A DNA stretch of 64,000 bases from an uncultured delta proteobacterium (GTDB lineage Bacteria > Myxococcota_A > Polyangia > Palsa-1104), in the NCBI GenBank assembly GCA_963785725.1, contig CAWAWS010000039.1, positions 128,001 through 192,000 of the forward strand, given 5' to 3'. Positions within the stretch are counted from its first letter, which is position 1, and every line of letters starts with the position of its first letter. The notes under the pieces are model-generated. The model searched no databases and was not told where the DNA came from. It saw only the letters and a list, made by a program, of their open reading frames with translations. This document shows positions 10,668 to 21,394 of the stretch, piece by piece. The position numbers and the translations under genes are program-made.

Positions 10668-11675
10668 TTGACGGACCGGCCGACCCGCGACTACAGTGCC
10701 GCGTTTTCAAAGAAGAATCGAACGATGTTGAAGATGTATCAAGGGCAATCCAGCTCGAGCAGCAGCCCCGAATTTTGGGACGAAAGCTGGGAGCAGAACG
10801 AGCTGGCGCACGTGCTCGCCGATGTACGCGTCGTCGAGAACGATCCCGTTTATGAGCTGCTCAAGAGCACCTTGCGCCCCGATCGGCTGTTTCTCGAGGG
10901 CGGCTGCGGCCAGTCGCAGTGGGTCAAATACTTCAGCGAGCGCGGCTATCGCACCATCGGCATCGACTTCGCCAAGCGCACCGTCGACAAAGTGCGGCGG
11001 GTGGCGCCCGAGCTCGACGTTCGCGTCGGGAACATCCTCGAGCTGCCGTTTGCCGATGGCGAGGTTCACAGCTACTACTCGGGCGGCGTCGTCGAGCACT
11101 TCGAGAGCGGGCCCGAGCCGGCGCTGCGTGAAGCCCGCCGCGTGTTGAGCCGCGACGGCTGGTTCTTGTGCTCGGTGCCCGATGACTCGTTCTTGCGCCG
11201 GCAGCTCTTCGATCGCGACCGCACCGAGCGCCGCGATCTGAGCCCGCCCTTGGCCGTGCGCCGCATCGATCGGACGCACGAGGAGCCGGCGCTCGACGGT
11301 TACCAGTTCTTCCAATATGCGTTCACCGAGGCCGAGTTCCGCGGTCGGCTCGAGCAGGCGGGCTTCGAGGTCGAGCGGACCTTCGGCTACAGCTTGATCT
11401 GGGGTCTCGCCGAGCTGCCGCGCTTTCGCTCGCTCTACGACGGCGCCTTCGGCGTGGCCAGGACCCTGCGCGATCGCCTGCGGCCGTCGCAGCCGGCGGC
11501 GGCCGAGCGCGATCGGGCCGTCGCGCCGGCGCATCCGGCTGCCGGCGCGAGCGGGATCTTTCACCGCGTGCTCGTCAAAGAGGATCGCTCGACGCCGCTG
11601 CTCGGACCGCTCGTCGGCCTACTCTGTGAGGGCTTTGCGAACATGCGCATGTACGTCGCGCGGCCGCGTGGTTGA
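10668..11675 (+). CDS. Class I SAM-dependent methyltransferase
   Basis: FLEGGCG, IGIDF, LPFADG, GVVEHF, EARRVL. Confidence 0.85.
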   Translation: MTDRPTRDYSAAFSKKNRTMLKMYQGQSSSSSSPEFWDESWEQNELAHVLADVRVVENDPVYELLKSTLRPDRLFLEGGCGQSQWVKYFSERGYRTIGIDFAKRTVDKVRRVAPELDVRVGNILELPFADGEVHSYYSGGVVEHFESGPEPALREARRVLSRDGWFLCSVPDDSFLRRQLFDRDRTERRDLSPPLAVRRIDRTHEEPALDGYQFFQYAFTEAEFRGRLEQAGFEVERTFGYSLIWGLAELPRFRSLYDGAFGVARTLRDRLRPSQPAAAERDRAVAPAHPAAGASGIFHRVLVKEDRSTPLLGPLVGLLCEGFANMRMYVARPRG

Positions 11676-11729
11676 TTCGAGAAGCCGCTGGACTTGCGCT
11701 GCTAACCAAGGGAGACCTGTAATCATCAC

Positions 11730-12683
11730 ATGCGTCCTAGAGTGCTCATCACGGGTGGAACGGGATTCCTCGGCAAGCGGCTGGCGCTGGCGATGGCGGA
11801 CACGCACCAGGTCATCCTGTCCGGTCGCAACAACAAGCAGAACCTCGTCGCCGCCAAGTTCACCGGCTGCGAGGTGCTGCCGCTCGACGTCGCGCGCATG
11901 GAGTCGGTGCGCGACGCGTTCATCGAGGCCAAGCCCGACATCGTGATCCACGCGGCGGCGACGAAGTTCGTCGACATGGCCGAGCGGCAGCCGCTCGAGT
12001 GCACCGACGTCAACGTGCTCGGCTCGCAGAACGTCGCGCGCATGGCGCTCGAGCGCGGCGTCAAGACGGTCATCGGCATCTCGACCGACAAGGCCTCGCC
12101 GCCCGTGCGCAACACCTACGGGCTCACCAAGGCGCTGATGGAGCGCGTGTTCTGCTCGCTCGACGGCAAGACCGACACGCGCTTCGTCTGCGTCCGCTAC
12201 GGCAACGTCGCCTGGTCGACCGGCTCGGTGCTGCCGATCTGGAAGAAGATGCACGAAGAGACGGGTGTCATCGGCACGACCGGTCCCGAGATGCGCCGCT
12301 TCTTCTTCACCGTCGACGAGGCGGTCAAGCTGGTGCTGACGGCGATCGAGCACGCCGACGAGCTGCGCGGCAAAGTCCTGTCGCGACGCATGAAAGCGGC
12401 GCTCATCAAGGACATCCTGACCTTGTGGGTGAAGCAAAAGGGCGGCAGCTGGAAGCAGATCGAGGGCCGCCCCGGCGAGCGCGACGACGAGTTCTTGATC
12501 GGCGATCTCGAGCTGCCTTACACGCGCGAAGTCACCTATCACGGCATCACCCACTACGTCATTTCCTTCAACCAGCGCGTCGAGAAGGCGCTCGCCGAAG
12601 GGCTGTCGTCGGCCAACACCGACCGGCTCAGCGACGCCGAGATCATCGACCTGCTCGAGCATCCGCCGGTCGAGGAGCGGTAA
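11730..12683 (+). CDS. NDP-sugar dehydratase/epimerase (CapD/PseB-like SDR)
   Basis: ITGGTGFLG, HAAATK, ISTDKA, YGLTK, VRYGNV, MRRFF. Confidence 0.9.
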   Translation: MRPRVLITGGTGFLGKRLALAMADTHQVILSGRNNKQNLVAAKFTGCEVLPLDVARMESVRDAFIEAKPDIVIHAAATKFVDMAERQPLECTDVNVLGSQNVARMALERGVKTVIGISTDKASPPVRNTYGLTKALMERVFCSLDGKTDTRFVCVRYGNVAWSTGSVLPIWKKMHEETGVIGTTGPEMRRFFFTVDEAVKLVLTAIEHADELRGKVLSRRMKAALIKDILTLWVKQKGGSWKQIEGRPGERDDEFLIGDLELPYTREVTYHGITHYVISFNQRVEKALAEGLSSANTDRLSDAEIIDLLEHPPVEER

Positions 12684-12721
12684 ACGATGGCGATGGATCA
12701 CGAGCCGGGAGACGTCGTTTA

Positions 12722-13390
12722 GTGGGGCGAATCAAACACGCGGTCATCATGGCCGCCGGCCGCGGCCAGCGCATGATGCCGCTGACGCAGGTCATGCCGA
12801 AGCCCATGGCGCCGTATCTCAATACGACGCTCATTGCCAACGGCATCGAAAAGATTCGCCCGTATATCGATAAAATCCACGTGACGGTCGGCTACAAAGG
12901 CGCGATGTTGGCGCAGCATCTCATCGAGCACGGCGTCTCGTCGATCTTCAACACCGACGGGCAGTCCAACTGCTGGTGGATCTTCAATACGCTGATGCGC
13001 TTGGTCGACGAGCCGGTGTTCGTGCTCACTTGCGATAACGTTACCGATATCGATTTCTCGGCTTTGGAAGAGGATTATTTCGCGCTGGGCGCGCCGCCGT
13101 GCGCCGTCGTTCCGGTCACGCCGGTGCCTGGGCTCGAAGGCGACTACATCTTTCACGACGCGCAATGGGTGAGCGAGCTCAGCCGCACGAAGCCCGCCGA
13201 CACCTATTGCTCGGGCATTCAGGTCTTGAATCCTCATCGGCTCAATCAGCTGCTCACGGATGCGACCGATTTCTACGACGTCTGGAGTCGGCTCATCACG
13301 CAGCGGCAGCTGATGGTGGCGCGCATTCGCCCCACGCGCTGGTTCACCGTCGACACGCTCGCGGATCTGCAGCGGTCGAGCACGGGCTGA
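12722..13390 (+). CDS. Sugar-phosphate nucleotidyltransferase family protein
   Basis: AVIMAAGRGQRMMPLTQVMPKPM signature. Confidence 0.85.
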   Translation: MGRIKHAVIMAAGRGQRMMPLTQVMPKPMAPYLNTTLIANGIEKIRPYIDKIHVTVGYKGAMLAQHLIEHGVSSIFNTDGQSNCWWIFNTLMRLVDEPVFVLTCDNVTDIDFSALEEDYFALGAPPCAVVPVTPVPGLEGDYIFHDAQWVSELSRTKPADTYCSGIQVLNPHRLNQLLTDATDFYDVWSRLITQRQLMVARIRPTRWFTVDTLADLQRSSTG

Positions 13391-13403
13391 GGACGACGCC
13401 GCC

Positions 13404-14378
13404 ATGCCGCTCGTCACGATCATCCTCAACTCCTACAATCAGCGCCAATATCTGCAGCAGTCGGTCGAGAGCGCGCTGGCGCAGACGATGACCGACTTCG
13501 AGCTGCTCATCGTCGACAACGGCTCGACCGACGGCTCGCAGGACTTCCTGCGCAGCTTCTCCGATGCGCGCATTCGTCTGGTCTTGAACCGCGAGAACGC
13601 GGCGATCTCACGTCGCTTCAACGAGGCCGTGGCCTTGGCGCGCGGCAAATATGTCTCGTTCCTCTATTCCGACGACTTTTACTTGCCGCACAAGCTCGAG
13701 CGTCAGGTGGCGCAGCTCGAGCGCTTGCCGGCGGATTATGGCGTCGTTTACGGGCCCGGCTACGGGCTCAATCAGCAGACCGGCGCGCGCTGGATTCAAG
13801 GCTGCCTCGACGATTCGGGCGCCATTCTCGAGCAGATGTTCATCCACTTCGATCGCGGCTTCATGAACATGATCGCGCCCATGGCGAAGCGTGAATGTCT
13901 GGCGCGACATCCGTTTTACGAGGACATCTTCGCCGAAGGTGAGGCCATCTTTTTCCGTCTGGCGATGACCCATCGGTTTCATTACGACAGCGAGCCGACC
14001 GCGGTCTGGCGCGACCATGGGCTCAACCGCGGCAAGGCCATCAAGCCCAATCACGACATGACGCTGAAGGTGCTCGAGCGGTTGGGACGCCAGCCGGAGT
14101 TTCCGGCGTCGTGTCAGGGGCTGCTGCGCGGCCTGCGCGCCGCGCTCAATCGCGATCACGGCTGGGAGATGCTGCGGCTCAACGGCGACGCCGGCTGGGC
14201 GCGGGGCTGTCTGCGCCAGGTGCCGATCATCGCGCCGCGCGAGGCGCTGCACCCGCGTTTCGTGGCGGCGGTGGGGCTCTCGTTGCTGCCGTCGCCGCTG
14301 CGCCGGACCTTCAATCGCCTGGGCAACCTCTTGCGCCCGACGCACGAGACGCGCACCGTCGTCGAAGACTACTCGTAA
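13404..14378 (+). CDS. Glycosyltransferase family 2
   Basis: PLVTIILNSYN, ELLIVDNGSTDGS, FLYSDD. Confidence 0.92.
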   Translation: MPLVTIILNSYNQRQYLQQSVESALAQTMTDFELLIVDNGSTDGSQDFLRSFSDARIRLVLNRENAAISRRFNEAVALARGKYVSFLYSDDFYLPHKLERQVAQLERLPADYGVVYGPGYGLNQQTGARWIQGCLDDSGAILEQMFIHFDRGFMNMIAPMAKRECLARHPFYEDIFAEGEAIFFRLAMTHRFHYDSEPTAVWRDHGLNRGKAIKPNHDMTLKVLERLGRQPEFPASCQGLLRGLRAALNRDHGWEMLRLNGDAGWARGCLRQVPIIAPREALHPRFVAAVGLSLLPSPLRRTFNRLGNLLRPTHETRTVVEDYS

Positions 14379-14385
14379 TTTCGCG

Positions 14386-15270
14386 TCATTTCGGCTCGGC
14401 GATGACGTCGAAGTGGTCGTGCTCGAAGCGATAGTCGTGGTCGATGGGCACGCCGCGCTGCGCGTGGCGCAGGCGATAGCCGAACCCTTCCAACAGCTCG
14501 ATCATCGCGCGCGCCGACGTCCCCTGCGCGCGCAGATTGACGTCGTCGACTTCGATGAAGAGCCGGGGTCGCTGCTCGGCCAGCAGCTTGCGTCCGCCGC
14601 GCAGCGCATGGTGCTCGAAGCCTTCGATGTCGATCTTGATGAGGTCGACTCGCGCAAGACCGCGCGCGGCGACGAAGTCGTCGAGGGTCGTGATCGTCAC
14701 CGGCAGGCCGTGCTGGTCGGGCGCGACGCGCATGCTGCCGCGGTTCGACTCGGTCGGCGCCGCCAGCGACAGCGTGCCCGGCTCGGCGCCGAGGCCGAGC
14801 GGCAGAAGCTGCAGCTGCGCCATCGGGTTGAGCGCGAGGTTGCGCTGCGCGCGCGCGAAGATCTGCGGATGCGGCTCGAACGCGAACACCGCGCCCGACG
14901 CGCCGACGCGACGCGCCAGCTGTAGCCCCGTCTCACCGATGTTGGCGCCGACATCGAAGACGACCTCGCCCGGCTTCGCCAGTGCTAAGAGCGTGTCGCG
15001 CGGCTCGATGGCGATCCCGAAGTAGATCATCCACTCCATGTAATCGGAGATGTCGAGATCGAAGGCCAGGCCGTCGCGGATGACCCGCCGCGGTGACGGC
15101 GAGCGATACAAATGGTTGTTCGCGGGAACGCGCGCGATCCAGTCATGTGGCGAGCGGCCGTAGGTGAAGCGCGCCAGCCGCTCGTCGATGGCGCGCGCGC
15201 GCAGCGGCAGCCGCAACAAGTTCAGGAGATGCAGCCGTCCTCGCGACAAGAGCGTGCGCGCGTCAAACAT
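14386..15270 (-). CDS. FkbM family methyltransferase
   Basis: FDVGANIG, FAFEP, DLIKIDIEGFE. Confidence 0.92.
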   Translation of the reverse strand: MFDARTLLSRGRLHLLNLLRLPLRARAIDERLARFTYGRSPHDWIARVPANNHLYRSPSPRRVIRDGLAFDLDISDYMEWMIYFGIAIEPRDTLLALAKPGEVVFDVGANIGETGLQLARRVGASGAVFAFEPHPQIFARAQRNLALNPMAQLQLLPLGLGAEPGTLSLAAPTESNRGSMRVAPDQHGLPVTITTLDDFVAARGLARVDLIKIDIEGFEHHALRGGRKLLAEQRPRLFIEVDDVNLRAQGTSARAMIELLEGFGYRLRHAQRGVPIDHDYRFEHDHFDVIAEPK

Positions 15271-16708
15271 CGGAGCCTCGCAGAGTGTGAAAGGAGGTCC
15301 ACGCGAGCGCCGCACAGCCGCCGAGCGCGAGGACGCAATAGCCGAGCCGCGGCAGCAGCGCCGGCTGTGCGCACGCGAAGACGCCGACCGCCAACAACGC
15401 GGTGACCGCGAGCACGACGAACAGCGCCTTGGCGCCGAAGAGGTGGCCGTGGCGATAGGCGACGGCGATGACGTAGGTGGCGGCCGAGATGCTGAAGGCG
15501 GCGCCGTGAACCCAAGCGATCGAGATGAGCGGTAGGCGCAGCGACAGGCAGGTCAGCGTGCCCACGACCCGCAGCGCGGCGATGACGACCTCGAGGATGC
15601 CGACGATGCGAAAGTCGCCCTGATTGAAGAGGAACATGGCGCAGAACCACACGACGATCTGCCCCGGCATCGACAGCGTCAGCACGCACAGGATGGGCTT
15701 GGCGTCGCTGAATTTGCCGCTGAAGAGCAGGCGAATGATGAGGTCGGCGCCGAGATAGATCGTCGACGCGCCGAGCAGCAAGAGGCCGAAGAGCACCATC
15801 AGCATGCGCTCGACGAGCTGCCGCTTCGCACCGTGATCTTGCAGCCGTCCGAGCTGCGGCATGAGATACGAGCGCATCGACGACGTGAGCACCAAGATCG
15901 AGGTCGATTCGAGCATCGACGCCGCCGCGTAGACGCCGAAGCGATCGGTTCCGAAGTGGCGCGCCAACGACGCTTGAATGATGAGGATCGCGCCCGTCGA
16001 CCACACCGGCAAAAGCGCGAGCGAGCCGGAGAAGGGCAGCGCCTCGCGCGTGGCCGCGAACGAGCGCAGCGGGCGGAAATGAAAGGCGGCGGCTGAGGCG
16101 CTGCGCGCGAGGTAGAAGCCGCCGAGGATGCCGCCGATATAGCAGGTGGCGCCGATGATGAACGCCAGGCCGACGTGGCCCAGCCGCAGAAACGGATAGG
16201 TCGTCAGCAGCGTCAACAGCGAGGTCACGAGGCCCACGCGGCTGACCTCGCGCACGAGGCCGAGCCCGTTGAGCGCCGCCGTCACCGATTGCAGGAACAG
16301 CACGCCCGTCGCCAGGATGATGACGAGCCGCACCTCGACCAGCCGCGGCGTCGCCAGGGCGCCGAACATGAACGACGCGATGACAGGCGCCGCCAGCAGC
16401 GCCAGCAGCGCCAGCACCACCGTTTGCGTCAACACGATGGTCCAGCCGGCGCTCAACAGCTGACCGATGCGCGCCGGCTCCTGCGTCGTCGACAGCCGCT
16501 GCATGAGCACTTCGTTCAGCCCCAGCGCCAGCGCGCTGACGAGGATCGTCGTCAGCGTGCGATAGAGCCCGATGAGCGCCACGCCTTCGGTGCCCGCGTA
16601 GACAGCCAAGAGCTTGTTGGTCCCGATGCCGAAGACGATCGTGATCAGCGACGCCACCGAGCTGATGCGCAGCGCGGCGATGAGGCCTATGCGCCGGCCC
16701 GCGCTCAT
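15263..16708 (-). CDS. wzx: Oligosaccharide flippase (Wzx/MOP family)
   Basis: About 12-14 TM segments, NKLLAVYAGTEGVALIG N-terminus, FGVYAAA; context of polysaccharide genes. Confidence 0.8.
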   Translation of the reverse strand: MSAGRRIGLIAALRISSVASLITIVFGIGTNKLLAVYAGTEGVALIGLYRTLTTILVSALALGLNEVLMQRLSTTQEPARIGQLLSAGWTIVLTQTVVLALLALLAAPVIASFMFGALATPRLVEVRLVIILATGVLFLQSVTAALNGLGLVREVSRVGLVTSLLTLLTTYPFLRLGHVGLAFIIGATCYIGGILGGFYLARSASAAAFHFRPLRSFAATREALPFSGSLALLPVWSTGAILIIQASLARHFGTDRFGVYAAASMLESTSILVLTSSMRSYLMPQLGRLQDHGAKRQLVERMLMVLFGLLLLGASTIYLGADLIIRLLFSGKFSDAKPILCVLTLSMPGQIVVWFCAMFLFNQGDFRIVGILEVVIAALRVVGTLTCLSLRLPLISIAWVHGAAFSISAATYVIAVAYRHGHLFGAKALFVVLAVTALLAVGVFACAQPALLPRLGYCVLALGGCAALAWTSFHTLRGSDV

Positions 16709-16787
16709 GTTGCCGACAGTGCTGCAGCGACTAACATGCGGCGCAGCCTAGCGCGCGGATGCGGTGAAAGCGAGGCATGCGGAAGGC

Positions 16788-19031
16788 TCACGCAGGCTGC
16801 TTGGCGCTGCCCTTTTCCACCTCGTCCTCGGCGTAGTAATAGCCGTATTTGCCGGCGTAATACCCGTACTTCTGGCCCTGCGCGAGGTCGAGGTCGTTCA
16901 AGATGCAGCCGAGCACGTTGACGCCGCCGTCGACGAGCTGGCGGCGCGCGCGCGTCAAGCCATCCTTCGACGTCGAGCCGAACTTGGCGACGATGATCGT
17001 GCCGTCCGTAATTCGCGCCAAGATGGCCGCGTCGGTGACCGGCCCGACCGGCGGCGAGTCGAAGATGACGCGATCGAACGCGCCCGACAGCTCGTCGACG
17101 ATGCGATGAAACCGCTCGGCGTGTAAGAGCTCGGCCGGATTCGGCGGCGTCGCGCCGCACGGCAGCAGCGACAAGTTGGGCACGCCGGTCTCGCGCACCT
17201 GAGCGAGCACCGCCGTCTCACCCAAGATCGCGCGCGACAACCCGTCCGACGTCGCCGGGATGCCGAACGCCTTGTGCAGCCGCGGCCGTCGCATGTCGGT
17301 GTCGACGAGCAGCACGCGCAGCCCCGACTGCGCCAGCGTGATCGCCAGGTTCACGGCCGTCGTCGTCTTGCCCTCTTGCGAGCCCGCCGACGTCACCAAG
17401 AGCCGGCGCGCCGGATTGTCCGGCGTCATGAACAAGAGGTTCGTCCGAATCGCGCGGCAGCACTCGGCCACCGCCGACTTCGGATGCGACAGCACGTACA
17501 AGTCCTTCGAGCCCGAGCGCACCAGATCGGCCACGCCCGGCGGCAGCGGCACCGTGGCCGAGCGCTCCTTGGCGTTCAAGTTGATCGACGGAATCAGCCC
17601 CAAGAACGACAGGCCGATCTTGTGCTCGATGTCGTCCTGATCTTTGACCGTCGAATCGAGCAGCTCGAGCAGGAACGCCAGACCGAGCGCCAACACCAGC
17701 GCCGCCGCCGTCGCCGCGCCCACCGCGCGCGGCACGTCGGGACCGATCGCCGCCGTCGGCACCAGCGCCGCGTCGAGCGGGCGCACGTTATTCGTCTTCA
17801 GATGCCCCGCCAGCGACGTCTCGCGCTCGCGCCCGCCGACCTGCTCCGACAGCTTCGCCAGGCGATCGTAGCTGCGCTTCAAGTCGCGATATTCGATGGC
17901 CCGCTGCTCGAGCTGCAGCGCGTCGCGCGTCGTCTGATCGAGCGCCGTGCGCAGGTCCTTCTCTTGCCGCATCAGCATCGAGTACTGCGCCTCGACGGTC
18001 TTCGCCGCCAGCCCGGCTTCGCGCACCATGTCCGCCTTGGCGGCGTCGACGCGCGTCTCTTGCGCCAGGATCAGCGGGTGCTTGTCGAGATATTTGCCGC
18101 GCAGATCGGCGAGCTTGTGCACCTGATCGAGGTACATCTCCTTCAGCTTCACCAGCGTCGGGTTGTCGCCGATGCCCGGCGTCACGTCTTCCATCGGGTC
18201 GAGCGTCTTCAACGTCGCGTATTGATCGCGCTGCGCGCGCACGGCGATGAGCTTGACCTGCACCGTGTTCAGCTCGTCGTCGAGCTTGCGCCGCCGCGAC
18301 GACAGGTCGCTCTGCTGATCTTCGATCCCGACCGCGACGACGTTGTTCTTCTTCTTGAACTCGATGAGCGCGCGCTCCGACGCCTCCAGCTGCTGCGTCA
18401 AGTCGCCGTACTCGTCGCCGAGCCAGGTGGCCGCGCCTTCCGACTGCGACAGACGCCGCGCCAAGTTGCGCTCGGTGTAAATCTGCCCGACGGTGTTCGC
18501 CAAGAGCGCCGCGAACTCGGGATTGTTGTGCTGCACGCTGATGGTGACGATGCGCGAGCTCGGCACCGGCACCGCGTTCACCAGCGCCTGAACGACCTGC
18601 GCCGCCAGCTTGATGTCCTCGGGATTGTTGCAGTCCGACTGCGGCGACAGCACCTTGAGCGCCACTTCGGCGTTCGCGCCCGTGCCGAGCTTCTGCGTGC
18701 ACAGCGACTTGGCCACCTGAAGCGCCGTCGAGTAGCTGTGAATGACCTTCAGCTCCGTCTGCAGCGTCTCTTGCGAATCCCACCAGTTCGTCTCGATCTC
18801 GACGACGTCCTTGAAGTTCGGCCCCATGTATTGCGGCACCGAGGCGTCGATGATGAGGCTCGCCGTCGCTTCGTAGATCTTCGGCTGCTTCGACACGTAG
18901 AGCCCGACCAAGCTGGGCACGGCGACGACGATGCCGACGATGAGCCACAGCCGCTTGCGCAGCACGGAGAAGACGCTGCCGAGCGAGATCGGCGACGGGC
19001 CGGCTGAGAGTGCGCTGAGTGGGTCGCTCAT
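16788..19031 (-). CDS. wzc: Polysaccharide co-polymerase / BY-kinase (Wzc/GumC)
   Basis: Wzz-like N-terminal TM and coiled coils, Walker A SAGSQEGKTT, DTDMRRP, FDSPP, C-terminal Tyr cluster KYGYYAGKYGYYY. Confidence 0.95.
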   Translation of the reverse strand: MSDPLSALSAGPSPISLGSVFSVLRKRLWLIVGIVVAVPSLVGLYVSKQPKIYEATASLIIDASVPQYMGPNFKDVVEIETNWWDSQETLQTELKVIHSYSTALQVAKSLCTQKLGTGANAEVALKVLSPQSDCNNPEDIKLAAQVVQALVNAVPVPSSRIVTISVQHNNPEFAALLANTVGQIYTERNLARRLSQSEGAATWLGDEYGDLTQQLEASERALIEFKKKNNVVAVGIEDQQSDLSSRRRKLDDELNTVQVKLIAVRAQRDQYATLKTLDPMEDVTPGIGDNPTLVKLKEMYLDQVHKLADLRGKYLDKHPLILAQETRVDAAKADMVREAGLAAKTVEAQYSMLMRQEKDLRTALDQTTRDALQLEQRAIEYRDLKRSYDRLAKLSEQVGGRERETSLAGHLKTNNVRPLDAALVPTAAIGPDVPRAVGAATAAALVLALGLAFLLELLDSTVKDQDDIEHKIGLSFLGLIPSINLNAKERSATVPLPPGVADLVRSGSKDLYVLSHPKSAVAECCRAIRTNLLFMTPDNPARRLLVTSAGSQEGKTTTAVNLAITLAQSGLRVLLVDTDMRRPRLHKAFGIPATSDGLSRAILGETAVLAQVRETGVPNLSLLPCGATPPNPAELLHAERFHRIVDELSGAFDRVIFDSPPVGPVTDAAILARITDGTIIVAKFGSTSKDGLTRARRQLVDGGVNVLGCILNDLDLAQGQKYGYYAGKYGYYYAEDEVEKGSAKQPA

Positions 19032-19043
19032 GGTGAATTCGAC

Positions 19044-19072
19044 AGGGTAGTCGCCGCTCTCGACTGGGTCAA
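19044..19072 (-). promoter_or_regulatory. Putative sigma70-type promoter for wzc
   Basis: TTGACC-N17-TACCCT on the minus strand just upstream of the ATG at 19031. Confidence 0.5.
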
Positions 19073-19188
19073 GGCGACGGCCGGATCATAAGTTGCCGAC
19101 GGCGCCGACAGCGTTCAGCCGCCCGCTGTCATTCATATTACATATCGAAATCGGTAGCTTACAGCTCGTCGTTCGCCCGGCGGCGCGC

Positions 19189-20214
19189 TCAGCCGATGGT
19201 CACCGGCGTGCCATTTTGGCGCAGCGACTGTTGCGCCGCTTCCAACACGCGAACCACTTCCAGGCCGTGCGCGGCGTCGGTGCGCGGTGTGGCGCCCGAG
19301 CGGACGCACTGCACGAAGTGCGCGCACTCGGCCTCGAGCGGCTCGGTCATCTGCAGCCGCGGGATGTGAATGTCGCCGTGCCGCACCGTCAGATACTCGC
19401 CCCAGCGCGTGAACTCGGGCGGGCGATCGTAGCCTTTGTCGTAGATGCGCAGCTTCTCGGCCGGATGCACGTCGTCGAACTCCACCATCTTCTTGCTGCC
19501 GACGACGGTGAGGCGCCGCTCTTTGCGCGGATCGAGCCACGACAGCTGCACCTGCGCCATGACGCCGCCCGTGAAATTCAGGTTCACGAACACGACGTCC
19601 TCGACGCCCGGCTGCAGATAGGCCTGACCGCGCGCGGCGACCGTGGCCGGCTTCTGGTCGACGAGATCGAGGATCATCGACAGATCGTGCGGCGCGAAGG
19701 ACCACAGCGCGTTCTCGTCCTTGCGCAGGCGACCCAAGTTCACGCGCACGGCGTAAATGTAGAAGACGTCGCCGACTTCGCCGCCGCGCACGAGCTCGCG
19801 CAGGCGCTCGTAGCCGGGGTGGTACAGCATCAGGTGGCCGACCATGAGCGTCTTGCCGGCGCGCGTGGCGGCGGCGACGGTGGCTTCGGCGTCGGCCGTC
19901 GACAGCGCCATCGGCTTCTCGACGAAGACGTGCTTGCCGGCGGCGAGCGCGGCCTGCGCCTGCGCCGCGTGGGCGACGGCGGGCGTGGCCAAGACGACGG
20001 CGTCGACGTCGTCGGCGGCGAGCACGTCGTCGAGCGCGGTCGTGCGCCGCGCTTTGGGCGCGAAGCCGGCGGCGCGTGCGAGCGCGCGCTCGTCGGGATC
20101 GCAGACGGCGACGAGCTCGCAGCCCGGCGCGCGGGCGAAGGCGCGCACGTGGTTGATGCCCCAATAGCCGGCGCCGGCGATGGCGATGCGCACGTTGTTG
20201 ATCGGCGCCGTCAC
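19189..20214 (-). CDS. Gfo/Idh/MocA oxidoreductase (WbpB-like NDP-sugar 3-dehydrogenase)
   Basis: IAGAGYWG, HVFVEKP, VGHLMLYHP, PHDLS; GTGA overlap with the aminotransferase. Confidence 0.88.
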   Translation of the reverse strand: MTAPINNVRIAIAGAGYWGINHVRAFARAPGCELVAVCDPDERALARAAGFAPKARRTTALDDVLAADDVDAVVLATPAVAHAAQAQAALAAGKHVFVEKPMALSTADAEATVAAATRAGKTLMVGHLMLYHPGYERLRELVRGGEVGDVFYIYAVRVNLGRLRKDENALWSFAPHDLSMILDLVDQKPATVAARGQAYLQPGVEDVVFVNLNFTGGVMAQVQLSWLDPRKERRLTVVGSKKMVEFDDVHPAEKLRIYDKGYDRPPEFTRWGEYLTVRHGDIHIPRLQMTEPLEAECAHFVQCVRSGATPRTDAAHGLEVVRVLEAAQQSLRQNGTPVTIG

Positions 20215-21287
20215 GCGAAAAACTCGCGCGTCGCGGCGACGACGTGGTCGAGCTGCGCCGTCGACAGATCGGGATGGACCGGCAGCGCCAACGCTTCGGC
20301 GCAGGCGCGTTCCGCTTCCGGCAACGAGCCCGGCCGATAGCCGAGCTCGGTGAAGCAGGGCTGCAGATGCAGCGGCATCGGATAATAGACCTCGCTGTCG
20401 ATCTCGCGCGCCTTCAGGTGCTCGCGCAGCTTGTCGCGTTTTCCGTCGGGCACGCGGATGACGAAGTGGTGCCACACGTGCTCGCTCGCATCCTCGGGCA
20501 CGACGAGCGGCAAGCCGGCCAACGCCGCGCGATAGTGGGTGGCGTGGCGCCGCCGCGTGGCGTTCCACGCCTGCAGATGCGGCAATTTCACGCGCAAGAT
20601 CGCCGCCTGCAGCGTGTCCATGCGGAAGTTGCCGCCGACGATGGCGTGCACGTATTTCGGCTTCGAGCCGTGTTGGCGCATGACGCGGACGCGGTCGGCG
20701 AAGGCGCCGTCGTCGGTGACGATGGCGCCGCCGTCGCCGGCCGCGCCCAAATTCTTCGACGGGAAGAACGACAACGTCGCGCACGCGCTGCCGGCGCCGA
20801 GCGTCTGCAAGCCGACCGCTTGCGCCGCGTCCTCGACGATGGGCCGCTCGGCGCGCCGCAAGGTCGCCATGTCGCAGGCGCGCCCGAACAGGTGCACGGG
20901 CACGATCGCCTTGGTCTTGCTCGTCACCAGCGTCAGCGCCGATTTTGCGTCGATGTTGAAGCTGTGCGGCTCGACGTCGGCGAACACCGGCTTGGCGCCC
21001 AAGCGCGCGATGGCGCCGGCGGTGGCGAAGAACGACAGCGCCGTCGTGATCACTTCGTCGCCGGGCCCGACGCCGAGCGCCATCAGCGAGACCAGCAGCG
21101 AATCGCTGCCCGACGACAGCGCGACCGCGTGCGCGCGACCGGTGGCCGCGGCCAGCTCGCGCTCGAAGGCGGCCACGTCTTCGCCGAGGATGTAGTGGCC
21201 GCTTTGCAGCACGCGGCGCACCGCCGCTTCGATGTCGGGTCCGAGATGAGCGTATTGGGCGCGCAGATCGAGCAGAGGCACTCTCAT
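20211..21287 (-). CDS. DegT/DnrJ/EryC1/StrS aminotransferase (WbpE-like)
   Basis: VPLLDLRAQY, IVPVHLFG, VEDAAQA, SFFPSKNLGAAGDGG, GGNFRMD. Confidence 0.95.
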   Translation of the reverse strand: MRVPLLDLRAQYAHLGPDIEAAVRRVLQSGHYILGEDVAAFERELAAATGRAHAVALSSGSDSLLVSLMALGVGPGDEVITTALSFFATAGAIARLGAKPVFADVEPHSFNIDAKSALTLVTSKTKAIVPVHLFGRACDMATLRRAERPIVEDAAQAVGLQTLGAGSACATLSFFPSKNLGAAGDGGAIVTDDGAFADRVRVMRQHGSKPKYVHAIVGGNFRMDTLQAAILRVKLPHLQAWNATRRRHATHYRAALAGLPLVVPEDASEHVWHHFVIRVPDGKRDKLREHLKAREIDSEVYYPMPLHLQPCFTELGYRPGSLPEAERACAEALALPVHPDLSTAQLDHVVAATREFFA

Positions 21288-21335
21288 TGTCGAGCACAGT
21301 GTATCAGCCATTGTCGCGCGTCGAAAAACGGCAAT

Positions 21336-21368
21336 AAAAAAGGCCCACCGGAGAACCGGTGGGCCTTT
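21336..21368 (-). terminator. Intrinsic terminator
   Basis: Minus strand AAAGGCCCACCGG-TTCT-CCGGTGGGCCTTT, a perfect stem running into a TTTTTT tract. Confidence 0.85.
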
Positions 21369-21394
21369 CCAGGCTTCCCCTGGGCGGTCCGCAG